Shown one piece after another: positions 27,485 to 36,280 of a stretch of DNA of 64,000 nucleotides. Made by a program: the position numbers and the translations under genes. The notes below the pieces were generated by a model, which made no database searches, was not told where the DNA came from, and worked only from the letters and a program-made list of their open reading frames with translations. Each line of letters opens with the position of its first letter. The first letter of the stretch is position 1. The DNA is from an uncultured Phycisphaerae bacterium (GTDB lineage Bacteria; Planctomycetota; Phycisphaerae; UBA1845; PWPN01): positions 275 to 64,274 of the forward strand of contig CALLOB010000020.1 of the NCBI GenBank assembly GCA_938005315.1, read 5' to 3'.

Positions 27485-29113
27485 ATGCGTGCTGCCTTTT
27501 CGGGGATGATGCTGATCGCGGCCTTGACCGGTCTGCCCGCGGTCGCCCAGGATCGCGGGGACGTTTCCGGCCTGGCCGCCGACGCCGAGCTGGTCGAGAC
27601 CCGTAATCAGGTGCCCAGGCTCAAGGCCGCGGCCGCGTACGAGCCGCGCGACGGGGTCGTCGAGATCGAGCTGAGCGAGTACGCCGGGTACGCGGGCCTG
27701 ATCGCGGCCAACCGCGGCCTGGAGCCCGGCGACGAGTCGGTCTTCAGTCGCCGGCACGGCTTCAAGCTTCGGATCACGATCAGCGAGGAGGAGAGCTGGT
27801 CGTCGCTGAACGCCGGGCGGATGGCGGCCTCCGCGACCACGGTGGACGTGCTGGCCGCGTACGGAGAGCAGTTCAAGGTGCAGGTGCCGGCGCTGATCGG
27901 CTTCTCGCGCGGGGCCGACGGCATCGTGGTTCTCAGGGAGATCGCGAAGATCAACGACCTCAAGGGCAGGGTGGTCGCCACCGCCCAGTTCACCGAGGCC
28001 GACTTCTTTCTGCGCTACCTCGCCCAGGAGGCCGGGCTGGGCGTGAACATGCTGCCGGACCTTTCAGCCGCGCCGGATCCGGGGCAGATCAACGTGGTGT
28101 ACTGCGCCGACGCTTTCGGGGCCGGGGACCTCTTTCTGCGCGACCTGAAGGCGGGGCGCAAGCGGCTGGCGGGCTGCGTGACCTGGGCCCCCAAGACCAC
28201 CGAGGTGGCCGAGGCCAGCGGCGGAGCGGCTCACGTGCTGGTCACGAACCGCAACCTGCTGATCATTGCGGATGTCCTGGTGGTCAACGCCGGTTTCGCC
28301 AAGAACCACCCCGCTACGGTCAACGGTCTGGTGGCCGGGCTGCTGGAGGGCAACGCCATGGTGCGCGAGCGGCCCGAGGATCACCTGGCGGTCGTCGCGA
28401 AGGCCTTCGGCTGGACGACCGACGAGGCCCGCGAGGAGCTGGCCAGGGTGCATCTGGCGAACTTCCCGGAGAACCGGGCGTTCTTCGCCGGCACGCTGGA
28501 GTCGGCCGGCAGCTTCGAGTACATCTTCGAGACCGCCGGCTACGTTTACGGCAGCAAGCTGATCGGCGCGCTGGCCCCGGCGGAGGGCTTCGTCGATCCC
28601 GGTCCGCTGGCCGAGATCGAGCGGGGCGGGCAGTTCAGGAACCAGAAGGCCGCGATCACGCCGATCAAGGGGCGCGGCGGGCCGGCGGAGACCGATCCGG
28701 ACGCCGAGCGGCTCGAGACCGTCGCGCTGCTGTCCAAGGACATCCGCTTCCAGTTCAAGCCCAACTCCAGCAGGCTGGAGGCCGACAGCGAGCAGAACCG
28801 CAAGGGGCTGCAGAGCATCGCCCAGCTGGTGAAGATCAGTCCCGGCTCGACCGTGCTTCTGCGGGGGCATGCCGACGGCTCGCTGGCGGTCAAGGCCCGC
28901 CAGACCCAGGGCGAGGCGAAGGCCCGGGAGATGTTTTTGGCGCTCAAGAGCCTCAGCCGGGCGCGGTGCGCGGAGGTCAAGCGGGTGCTGGAGGAGACCT
29001 TCCGGATCGATCCGCAGCGCATCGAGGCCCAGGGCGTGGGCGCCGACGAGCCGACCGGCCAGGGGCCGGACGCCGACCGGCGGGTCGAGGTGCTGTGGAT
29101 GGTCCTGGAGTAA
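27485..29113 (+). CDS. Periplasmic substrate-binding-like (NMT1/SsuA-type) domain fused to a C-terminal OmpA-family domain
   Basis: Signal peptide MRAAFSGMMLIAALTGLPAVAQ. Central COG0715-like region. The C-terminal LLRGHADGS...RARCAEVKRVLEE...IEAQGVGADEP...RRVEV is an OmpA/MotB peptidoglycan-binding motif. Confidence 0.8.
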   Translation: MRAAFSGMMLIAALTGLPAVAQDRGDVSGLAADAELVETRNQVPRLKAAAAYEPRDGVVEIELSEYAGYAGLIAANRGLEPGDESVFSRRHGFKLRITISEEESWSSLNAGRMAASATTVDVLAAYGEQFKVQVPALIGFSRGADGIVVLREIAKINDLKGRVVATAQFTEADFFLRYLAQEAGLGVNMLPDLSAAPDPGQINVVYCADAFGAGDLFLRDLKAGRKRLAGCVTWAPKTTEVAEASGGAAHVLVTNRNLLIIADVLVVNAGFAKNHPATVNGLVAGLLEGNAMVRERPEDHLAVVAKAFGWTTDEAREELARVHLANFPENRAFFAGTLESAGSFEYIFETAGYVYGSKLIGALAPAEGFVDPGPLAEIERGGQFRNQKAAITPIKGRGGPAETDPDAERLETVALLSKDIRFQFKPNSSRLEADSEQNRKGLQSIAQLVKISPGSTVLLRGHADGSLAVKARQTQGEAKAREMFLALKSLSRARCAEVKRVLEETFRIDPQRIEAQGVGADEPTGQGPDADRRVEVLWMVLE

Positions 29114-29119
29114 GGATCC

Positions 29120-29593
29120 ATGCCCCGCCGGCACGACTACCCCATCATTCGCTTCCTGATCGGGGCCTTCCACGCGCTGGCCGTCGTCGCCTTCGCCCTG
29201 GCCTTGGTCGTCGCCGGCTATCTCTGCGTGCTGGGTGAGGCCCTGCGCAACGGGCTGGTGATGGAGGGTCCTGTGTCGCAGGCCCTCCATCGCTACGACT
29301 CCGGCCAGCTTTTCGTGGCCGCCGGGGCGACGGCGGCCGCCGGGCTGGTTCTGTTTCTGCTGCTGGGAACGCTCGGCCAGCTGTTGGCCATGCAGCGGGA
29401 CCGTGCGGTCAACACCGCCCGGCAGGTGCGGCTCCTGGAGGATATTCTCGAGCTGAACGAGGAGGTTGCGCAGGCGTCCGTCACGAAGCGGGTCGCGCTG
29501 TGCGAGGGCTGCCATCGCCTGGGGGCCCTGGAGCGCATCGAATCCGGGCAGTGGATCTGCCGGGAGTGCCGGCGCCAGATCCGGATCGCCTGA
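29120..29593 (+). CDS. Two-TM membrane protein with C-terminal CxxC...CxxC zinc ribbon
   Basis: Starts 7 nt after the upstream stop. Hydrophobic helices IIRFLIGAFHALAVVAFALALVVAGYL and AAAGLVLFLLLGTLGQLL. Tail is CEGCHRLGALERIESGQWICRECRRQ. Confidence 0.55.
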   Translation: MPRRHDYPIIRFLIGAFHALAVVAFALALVVAGYLCVLGEALRNGLVMEGPVSQALHRYDSGQLFVAAGATAAAGLVLFLLLGTLGQLLAMQRDRAVNTARQVRLLEDILELNEEVAQASVTKRVALCEGCHRLGALERIESGQWICRECRRQIRIA

Positions 29594-29698
29594 GCCGGCC
29601 GCCGCGGGTGCCGTGCGTTCGGCGGGCGACGGCGTTCCCGGCGGCGGCCTGGCCCGCGTCTTGCGGTTTGGTCCGACCCGCGGGGTTCAGGTGTCACA

Positions 29699-30025
29699 AT
29701 GTCGTCGTACGTCTTTCTGATCGAGGCCGCTGAGGTCCCGCCCGGACGGGCCGCGCCGGTTCGGGTCGGCGACCGCTGGTTCGCGGTGTGCAACGATGGC
29801 GGCCACTTTCACGTGGTCGATCACGACTGCCCGCACGAGGGCGGATCGCTGGCCGGCGGGGAGGTCCGCGACGGCTGCGTCATCTGCCCGGTCCACGCCT
29901 GGCCGTTCGACCTGCAGACCGGCCTGACCGACGAGCGCATGCCCTGGATGCGGCTGCGGCGGTATCCGTGCGAGCTCCGCGACGGCCGGGTTTTCGCCGA
30001 CGTCACCGCCCCCCTGCGGACCTGA
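29699..30025 (+). CDS. Rieske [2Fe-2S] domain protein (NirD-like small subunit)
   Basis: CPHEGGSL...CPVHAWPFDLQTG is the CxH...CxxH Rieske ligand pattern. Length is 108 aa. Confidence 0.8.
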   Translation: MSSYVFLIEAAEVPPGRAAPVRVGDRWFAVCNDGGHFHVVDHDCPHEGGSLAGGEVRDGCVICPVHAWPFDLQTGLTDERMPWMRLRRYPCELRDGRVFADVTAPLRT

Positions 30026-30037
30026 GGTCCGGGCGGG

Positions 30038-31588
30038 TCAGTCCGTGTGCGGCGGATCGACCGGATCGGGCGGGTCGGGATCGATGGGCCCGGGCATGGC
30101 CGCCGGGAGGTCTGTCGGCGGGGTCTTTCCGCGCCGGCCGCGGGCGCCGCGTCCGGGCGGCGGCACCCGTCCTTCGGCCAGGTCCTGGTCGAACATCCGC
30201 CGGCGGCGCAGCAGGTGGTGGTAGTGCTGGGCGAACCGGTGGGCCTCGTCGCGCACCTGCTGGAGCAGCCGCAGGGCGGGGTTGTTGCGCGGCAGGCGGA
30301 GCGGCCGGCCGCGGGCCTGAACGTAGAGTTCCTCCTCGCGTTTGGCCAGCGACACCACCATCGGCGGACGGACCTGCATGTCCTCGAAGGCCGACAGGGC
30401 CGCGTGCAGGTGTCCCAGGCCGCCGTCGATGAGAATCACGTCCGGGTAGAGTTCCTCCCCCCCGGCGGCGCGGCGATAGCGCCGGGCCACGACCTCGCGG
30501 ATCATGGCGTAGTCGTCGATGCCCTGGACGGTGCGGATGCGGAACCGCCGGTAGCCGCTCTTGAACGGTCGGCCGTCGATGAAGCAGACCAGCGATCCGC
30601 AGGACTCCTGGCCGTGCAGGTTGGCGATGTCCACCCCCTCGATGGTGCGGGGCGGCGACTCCATGCCGAGGATTTCGGCCAGCCTGGCCAGCCCCTCGGC
30701 CGGATCGACGAAGAACACCTCCGGCTGGACGTCGGTTTCCACGTCGCCGGACAGCGAAAGGGCCTCCAGGGCCCTGATGCGGTCGCGCAGCCGGGCGGCC
30801 TCCTCGTAGTGCAGTCCCGCGGCCGCGGCCTCCATCTCCCGGCGCAGCTGCCGCAGCACGACGCTGCGCTTCGACGAGAGGAATCGCCGCAGCCGGGCGA
30901 TATCCCGGCGGTAGTCCGCGCGGCTGATCAGGGCGGCGCACGGAGCGGTGCACTGGTGGATCGAGTACAGCAGACAGGGCCGGAAGTGGCGGCGGGAGTC
31001 GTCGCCCTCGCGGATCTCCAGTTCGCAGGTGCGGAAGCGGAAGACCTTCTGCAGGGCGTTGACCGCCGCCCGGACGCCCGAGGCGCTGACAAAAGGTCCG
31101 TACAGCCGCGTGCCGCGGGCCTGCGGCTTGCGGGTCACGTAGACGCCGGGGAAGTCCTCGGCGGTGGTGATCTCGATGTAGGGGAAGCTCTTGTCGTCGC
31201 GGAGCCGCTCGTTGTAGGGCGGCTGGATGTCCTTGATCAGGCGGTTTTCCTGAAGCAGGGCGTCGACCTCGGTCTCGCAGTCCAGAAAGTCCAGGTCCGT
31301 CGCCTGAGCGATCATCGCGGCGATCTCGGGACCGCGGGTCCGCAGCAGGTCGGCCGAGGCCTGGAAGTAGCTGCTCACGCGGCTGCGCAGGTCCTTGGCC
31401 TTGCCGATGTAGAGCACACGGCCGCGTGCATCCTTGAACAGGTAGACGCCCGGCGACCGGGGCAGCAGGCGGATCTTCTCGATCAGGGTGGCCGTCGGGC
31501 GAGGACCGTCGGATCCCCCCTCGACCGTCGGGTCCGCGGCCGGCTCGGAGTCCGGCGGCGGTTCGGGGCTGGGGGCGTCGGCGCTCAT
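30038..31588 (-). CDS. uvrC: Excinuclease ABC subunit C (lacks recognisable C-terminal HhH2)
   Basis: GIY-YIG (GVYLFKDARGRVLYIGKAKDLRSRVSSYF). UVR domain (YEEAARLRDRIRALE). Endonuclease domain (PDVILIDGGLGHL...DEAHRFA). Ends in a Pro/Arg-rich tail. Confidence 0.9.
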   Translation of the reverse strand: MSADAPSPEPPPDSEPAADPTVEGGSDGPRPTATLIEKIRLLPRSPGVYLFKDARGRVLYIGKAKDLRSRVSSYFQASADLLRTRGPEIAAMIAQATDLDFLDCETEVDALLQENRLIKDIQPPYNERLRDDKSFPYIEITTAEDFPGVYVTRKPQARGTRLYGPFVSASGVRAAVNALQKVFRFRTCELEIREGDDSRRHFRPCLLYSIHQCTAPCAALISRADYRRDIARLRRFLSSKRSVVLRQLRREMEAAAAGLHYEEAARLRDRIRALEALSLSGDVETDVQPEVFFVDPAEGLARLAEILGMESPPRTIEGVDIANLHGQESCGSLVCFIDGRPFKSGYRRFRIRTVQGIDDYAMIREVVARRYRRAAGGEELYPDVILIDGGLGHLHAALSAFEDMQVRPPMVVSLAKREEELYVQARGRPLRLPRNNPALRLLQQVRDEAHRFAQHYHHLLRRRRMFDQDLAEGRVPPPGRGARGRRGKTPPTDLPAAMPGPIDPDPPDPVDPPHTD

Positions 31589-31651
31589 GGTCAGGCGATT
31601 ATACGCCCGACGGCTGCCGGCGGCTTGAGCCCCGACCGGACCGGATGGAAG

Positions 31652-32836
31652 TCAGCGCGTCGAGAAGCTGTAGATCGTGGTCTGCGTATAGGTCCGGCCG
31701 GGCCGCAGGATGGTGTCCGGAAACTCCGGCTTGTTGGGCGAATCCGGGTAGTGCTGGGCCTCCAGGCAGAACCCGTAGCGATGCCGGTACACGCGCCCCT
31801 GCTTGCCGGTGATGCTGCCGTCCAGGAAGTTTCCGGCGTAGAACTGCATGGCCGGCTCGGTGGTCCGCACTTCCATGACCCGTCCGGAGGTCGGCTCGAA
31901 GACCCGGGCGGCCAGGGTCATTTCGCCGGGCCGGGGCTTGTTGAGCACCCAGCAGTGGTCGTAGCCGCCGGCGTTGGCGATCTGCGGATCGTCGGCCCCG
32001 ATGCGGGCCCCGATCGGCACCGGCCGGGTGAAGTCCATCGGCGTCCCCTGCACCGACCGGACCTCGCCGGTGGGGATCAGTCCGGCATCGACCGGCAGGA
32101 ACCGATCCGCATTCAGCATCAGCTCGTGGTCCAGGATGTCGCGCAGGCCCTGCCCGGCGAGGTTGAAGTAGCTGTGGTGCGTGAGGTTTACCGGCGTGGG
32201 CCTGTCGGCCTGGGCGCGATAGTCGATCCGCAGCGCGTTGTCGTTGGTCAGCAGGTAGGTGACCTCGACCTCGAGGTTGCCGGGATAGCCCTCCTCGCCG
32301 TCCACGCTGGTATAGGCCAGCTTCAGGCCCACGGCCGAGGCGGTCCGCACCGGCGAGGCTTCCCACACGACCTTGTCGAAGCCCTTGAGCCCGCCGTGGA
32401 GGTGGTTGCCGTTGTTGTTGGTCGCCAGGACGTACTCCCGTCCGTCGAGCATGAACCGTCCGCGGGCGATGCGGTTGCCGTACCGACCGATCAGGGCTCC
32501 GAAGTAGGGCGTGGACTTCAGGTAGCCCTCCAGCCGGTCGTGGCCCAGAACCACGTCGTCCAGTTCGCCCCGACGGTCCGGTACCAGCAGCCGCACCAGG
32601 ATGCCGCCGTAGGTGATGATTTCCGCCTGCATCCCACGGGCGTTGGTGAGCCGATAGAGGTCCACGTTCCGGCCGCCGGGAGCCTTGCCGAAGTCTTCCC
32701 GCTCGATGTTCAATCTGCCGCCGCCTTTCGCCCTGGCGACCGGCTCCCGGCTCACGCCGGGCTCGCCGCAGGAGCCCAGGCCCAGCAACAGCGCCGCCAG
32801 GCCGGTGGTTCCGATCCGCCGCAGGTGGTGATTCAT
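31652..32836 (-). CDS. galM: Exported aldose 1-epimerase (galactose mutarotase)
   Basis: ATG at 32836 gives MNHHLRRIGTTGLAALLLGLGSC (lipobox). LTNDNALRIDYRAQADRPTPVNLTHHSYFNL and FCLEAQHYPDSPN are mutarotase signatures. Confidence 0.9.
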   Translation of the reverse strand: MNHHLRRIGTTGLAALLLGLGSCGEPGVSREPVARAKGGGRLNIEREDFGKAPGGRNVDLYRLTNARGMQAEIITYGGILVRLLVPDRRGELDDVVLGHDRLEGYLKSTPYFGALIGRYGNRIARGRFMLDGREYVLATNNNGNHLHGGLKGFDKVVWEASPVRTASAVGLKLAYTSVDGEEGYPGNLEVEVTYLLTNDNALRIDYRAQADRPTPVNLTHHSYFNLAGQGLRDILDHELMLNADRFLPVDAGLIPTGEVRSVQGTPMDFTRPVPIGARIGADDPQIANAGGYDHCWVLNKPRPGEMTLAARVFEPTSGRVMEVRTTEPAMQFYAGNFLDGSITGKQGRVYRHRYGFCLEAQHYPDSPNKPEFPDTILRPGRTYTQTTIYSFSTR

Positions 32837-33035
32837 GATCGCGTCCTCCTCCGGCCGCGCCGCCCGGGGCCGGTCGCCCCGACGACCGGGCCGGTCATGT
32901 GCCGGCCATTGCGCCGGAGCCGTGGCGCGACGCAACAGACGCCGGAATGTTATCGGCCGCCGGAAAAGTCGTCCAGCGGCGGCAGGGATGACCGCTCCGA
33001 CCTGTCGGCCTGCCGGTCGAGGCCGTAAAAGCCCG

Positions 33036-34541
33036 CTATTCAATGGGGGAAAAGACGCCGCGATAGCGATCCAGCTCCGCGGCCTGCCGTATCTGGTCCC
33101 AGCCGCACTCCCGGGCCATCCACCCGGCCACGCGACCGGCGATTTCCAGCCGGTCGGGGCGGTAGTAATGCCACCCGGCTCGGCGCAGCATGACGTCGTC
33201 CAGGTGCAGGGCCCATTCCTGCCGCACCGCCCGCCGGACGACGTCTTCATGCACCTCCGGGGGCTCCAGGCCGGCGCGCGGCGGCTCATCGGGACAGCCC
33301 GGCAGCGGCTCGTCCGCCGTCCGGCAGGCCACCCGGCCGCCGCCCAGCCGCCGCTCGAGGAGATCCACCACCTGGCCGGCCATCAGGCGGTAGGTGGTCA
33401 GCTTGCCGCCGGCCACGTCGATCCACCCGGGCTCGGAGGAGAGGATGCGGTGCGCGCGGCTGATGTCCGAAGGCCCTCCGCGGCGGTCGGCGATCAGCGG
33501 CCGCAGGCCTGCCCAGCAGCTCAGAACGTCGGCGGGGCCCAGTCCGGCCTCCGGAAAGCAGCGGTTCACCACCGCCAGAACCTCGTCCCGGTCGCCGGCC
33601 TCGACCCGCGGCTCGCCGGGAGGGCCGGGCCAGTCGGTATCCGTGGTTCCCAGGATGACCCGCTGAGCCCAGGGAATCGCGAACAGGATCCTTGGTCCGT
33701 CGGTCATCACCACCGCCTCGGCCAGCGGCAGCCGCGAACGATCGACCACCAGGTGCACCCCCTTGGTGAGCCGCAGCCGCAGCCGGCTGTGCGGGATGCG
33801 GTCGGCCCACGGGCCGGCGGCATTGACCACGCACCGGGCCTTCGCGGTCAGGGCGGCGCCGCTCGCGGTGTCGCGCAGGCCGCAGCACCAGCCGTCGCCG
33901 TCGCGTTCGGCCCATTCCAGCCGGCAGGCGTTCACCACGACCGCTCCGGCGGCCGCGGCGGATCGCAGGGTGTCGATGACCAGGCGGGCGTCGTGGGTCA
34001 GGGCGTCGAAGTAGCGTACCGCGCCCCGCAGGCCGGAGGTCCGCAGGCCCGGGGCGAGCCGCAGGGCGTCATCCGCGTCCAGGATCGTCGATGACTCGGC
34101 CGCCGGCGGGCCGCACAGCAGATCGTACAGTCGCACGCCGGCCCGCAGTTTCCAGAGCGGCCAGGGCGACCCCTGCCAGGCTGGAAAGACGAAGGCCAGC
34201 GGGAGGTGCAGGTGCCCGGCGATCCGACGAAGCACCTGCTTTTCGCGACCGGCCTGGCGCACGAGCCGCAGTCGGCCCTGAGCGAGGTAGCGCAGCCCGC
34301 CGTGGAGCAGGCGGCTGGACCGTCCGCTGGTTCCGGAGGCGAAGTCGGCCTGCTCGACCAGGCCGACGGACCGGCCGCGCAGGGCCGCGTCGCGGGCTAT
34401 TCCAGCCCCTACGATGCCGCCCCCGACGACCAGCACGTCGAGCATGCCGGCGCGGATCACCGCCAGGGCCGCGGAGCGATCCGGAGGTTGAACGTGGTGG
34501 TCGGGATGGCGGATCATGACGTCCGAACGTCGCGGCCGCAA
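33036..34541 (-). CDS. glpD: FAD-dependent glycerol-3-phosphate dehydrogenase
   Basis: VLVVGGGIVGAGIARDAALRG...GTSGRSSRLLHGGLRYL. Alternative start at ATG 34517. Confidence 0.85.
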   Translation of the reverse strand: MRPRRSDVMIRHPDHHVQPPDRSAALAVIRAGMLDVLVVGGGIVGAGIARDAALRGRSVGLVEQADFASGTSGRSSRLLHGGLRYLAQGRLRLVRQAGREKQVLRRIAGHLHLPLAFVFPAWQGSPWPLWKLRAGVRLYDLLCGPPAAESSTILDADDALRLAPGLRTSGLRGAVRYFDALTHDARLVIDTLRSAAAAGAVVVNACRLEWAERDGDGWCCGLRDTASGAALTAKARCVVNAAGPWADRIPHSRLRLRLTKGVHLVVDRSRLPLAEAVVMTDGPRILFAIPWAQRVILGTTDTDWPGPPGEPRVEAGDRDEVLAVVNRCFPEAGLGPADVLSCWAGLRPLIADRRGGPSDISRAHRILSSEPGWIDVAGGKLTTYRLMAGQVVDLLERRLGGGRVACRTADEPLPGCPDEPPRAGLEPPEVHEDVVRRAVRQEWALHLDDVMLRRAGWHYYRPDRLEIAGRVAGWMARECGWDQIRQAAELDRYRGVFSPIE

Positions 34542-34574
34542 GCCGGGGTTCGACGCGACGCGATGGCTCTCCCT

Positions 34575-35126
34575 TCAGTGGGTCAGAAGAACGCGCAGGC
34601 CGATCAGGATCAACACCGCTCCGCCGAGGGCGTCGGCCGCCCGGGCCCAGGGGGCCAGAAGCCGGGCTCCGAAGGTGATGCCGACGGCCGTGAATCCGCA
34701 GGCCACCAGGCCGATCACCGCCGCGGCCAGCCAGATGCCGCTGCCCAGCAGGGCCAGGCTGAAGCCCACCGCCAGGGCATCGATGCTGGTGGCCACCGAC
34801 AACGACACCAGGAGCCAGCCGCGGGTGGGATCGGCACGGTGGGTCCGTTCCTCGCCTTGCGCGGCCTCGTACAGCATCTTTCCGCCGATAAACGCCAGCA
34901 GACCGAAGGCCAGCCAGTGGTCGAAGGCCGCCACCCAGTCGCTGATCCGCCGTCCGGCCCACCACCCGATCACCGGCATCATGAACTGGAAGAGCCCGAA
35001 GTGCCACGCCAGGCGGAACATGTGTCGCGGACCGACGGTCTTGAGTGTCAGCCCCGCGGCGATCGACACCGCGAAGGCGTCCATGGCCAGGCCGACCGCG
35101 ATGCCGAGAAGATTCAGCGTGTTCAA
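34575..35126 (-). CDS. mntP: Manganese efflux pump MntP
   Basis: TTG at 35126 gives (M)NTLNLLGIAVGLAMDAFAVSIAAG..., matching the MntP N-terminus, and the second half repeats the MDAF-type motif (SIDALAVGFS). About 183 aa, as expected. The upstream part of ORF 34575..35399 is non-coding-like. Confidence 0.8.
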   Translation of the reverse strand: MNTLNLLGIAVGLAMDAFAVSIAAGLTLKTVGPRHMFRLAWHFGLFQFMMPVIGWWAGRRISDWVAAFDHWLAFGLLAFIGGKMLYEAAQGEERTHRADPTRGWLLVSLSVATSIDALAVGFSLALLGSGIWLAAAVIGLVACGFTAVGITFGARLLAPWARAADALGGAVLILIGLRVLLTH

Positions 35127-35328
35127 CGCTCGGGCCCCGGGAAAACGCGTCGAAGGTCCGGCCCGGCCCGGACCTCCGGGTGCATTGTAAGAGCGGGCAG
35201 GTCGTGAACAAGCCGGCCCGGGGGCCTTTTCCGCAGCGCCGCGAGAAGCTACACTGGACCGGCCGGTTGCGCCGCGGATCATGACGCCCGCCAGGCGACA
35301 CCACGGCCCAGGCAGCCAGAGGCGCCCC

Positions 35329-36117
35329 ATGACCCCCGTGGCCCTGACCATCGCCGGCTCGGACCCCTCCGGAGGCGCCGGGGTGCAGGCCGACCTCAAG
35401 ACGTTCCACCAGCACGGCGTCTACGGCACTTCGGTGATCACGCTCCTGACCGTCCAGAACACCCAGTCGGTACTGGATGTCGAGATCCTCCGCCCGGCAT
35501 TCATTCTCGCCCAGCTCGAGGCCGTCCTGCAGGACATCCCGCCGGCGGCGGCCAAGATCGGCGCCCTGGGCACCGCCGAGGTGATCCAGGCCGTCGCCCG
35601 GCGGGCCGCGGACTTCGGTTTTCCGCTGGTGGTCGATCCGGTGATGATCAGCAAGCACGGCGTAGCGCTGCTGGACTGCGAGGCCGCCGAGGTCATGCGC
35701 CGCGAGCTGCTGCCGCGGGCCTTTCTGGTGACGCCCAACTCGCTGGAAGCCTCGCGGCTCTCGGGCATCCAGGTCGACGACCCGGACTCGATGGAGGCTG
35801 CGGCCGAGGCGATCGGGAAACTGGGCCCGCGCAACGTGCTGATCAAGGGCGGGCACCTGACCGAGGACGCCCGCGACGTCCTGTGGGCCGATGGCACGCT
35901 GCACCGGCTGCATTCGGACCGGCTGGAGAGTCGCAACACGCACGGCACCGGGTGCGTGCTTTCGGCGGCCATCACCGCCCGGCTGGCCCGCGGCGAGGCG
36001 CTGCTGGAGGCCGTGCGCGGGGCCAAACGCTTCATCACCCAGGCGATCCGCACCAGCCCGGGCCTGGGCCGCGGCCTGGGGCCCACCAACCTGCACACCG
36101 AAACCGATCCGCGGTAA
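35329..36117 (+). CDS. thiD: Hydroxymethylpyrimidine/phosphomethylpyrimidine kinase
   Basis: MTPVALTIAGSDPSGGAGVQADLKTF...NTHGTGCVLSAAITARLA. Confidence 0.9.
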   Translation: MTPVALTIAGSDPSGGAGVQADLKTFHQHGVYGTSVITLLTVQNTQSVLDVEILRPAFILAQLEAVLQDIPPAAAKIGALGTAEVIQAVARRAADFGFPLVVDPVMISKHGVALLDCEAAEVMRRELLPRAFLVTPNSLEASRLSGIQVDDPDSMEAAAEAIGKLGPRNVLIKGGHLTEDARDVLWADGTLHRLHSDRLESRNTHGTGCVLSAAITARLARGEALLEAVRGAKRFITQAIRTSPGLGRGLGPTNLHTETDPR

Positions 36118-36280
36118 GGCGTGGCATGGCCGCGCATGAGCCGTAGCGGCCGGCCCCCGGGCCGGCCGTGCCCGACAAAAACAACCCTGCAACGCCCGGC
36201 ATCATACCGGCCGACGCCATGACCGCGCATTGATCGTGCCAGGCGCCGTCCCGGCCGGCGCCCCGGGCAGGAATCTCTGC

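Noticed and set aside
30047-33028. 993-aa plus-strand ORF.
   Set aside because: Antisense to uvrC and galM. Low-complexity translation.
35127-35328. Looked for a yybP-ykoY (Mn) riboswitch upstream of mntP, or a TPP riboswitch upstream of thiD, in the divergent spacer.
   Set aside because: Neither the GGGGAGUAG-type yybP motif nor the CUGAGA / ACCUGAUCUGGAUAAUGCCAGCG-type THI-box elements are visible. Only a simple hairpin is present (AGGTCCGG-CCCGGC-CCGGACCT).
36148-36167. 20-bp GC palindrome GGCCGGCCCCCGGGCCGGCC between convergent thiD and asnB, considered as a bidirectional terminator.
   Set aside because: There is no U-tract following the hairpin in either transcription direction (the T-run precedes it on the minus strand). 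It may still pause or terminate transcription, but it is not supportable as an intrinsic terminator from sequence alone.
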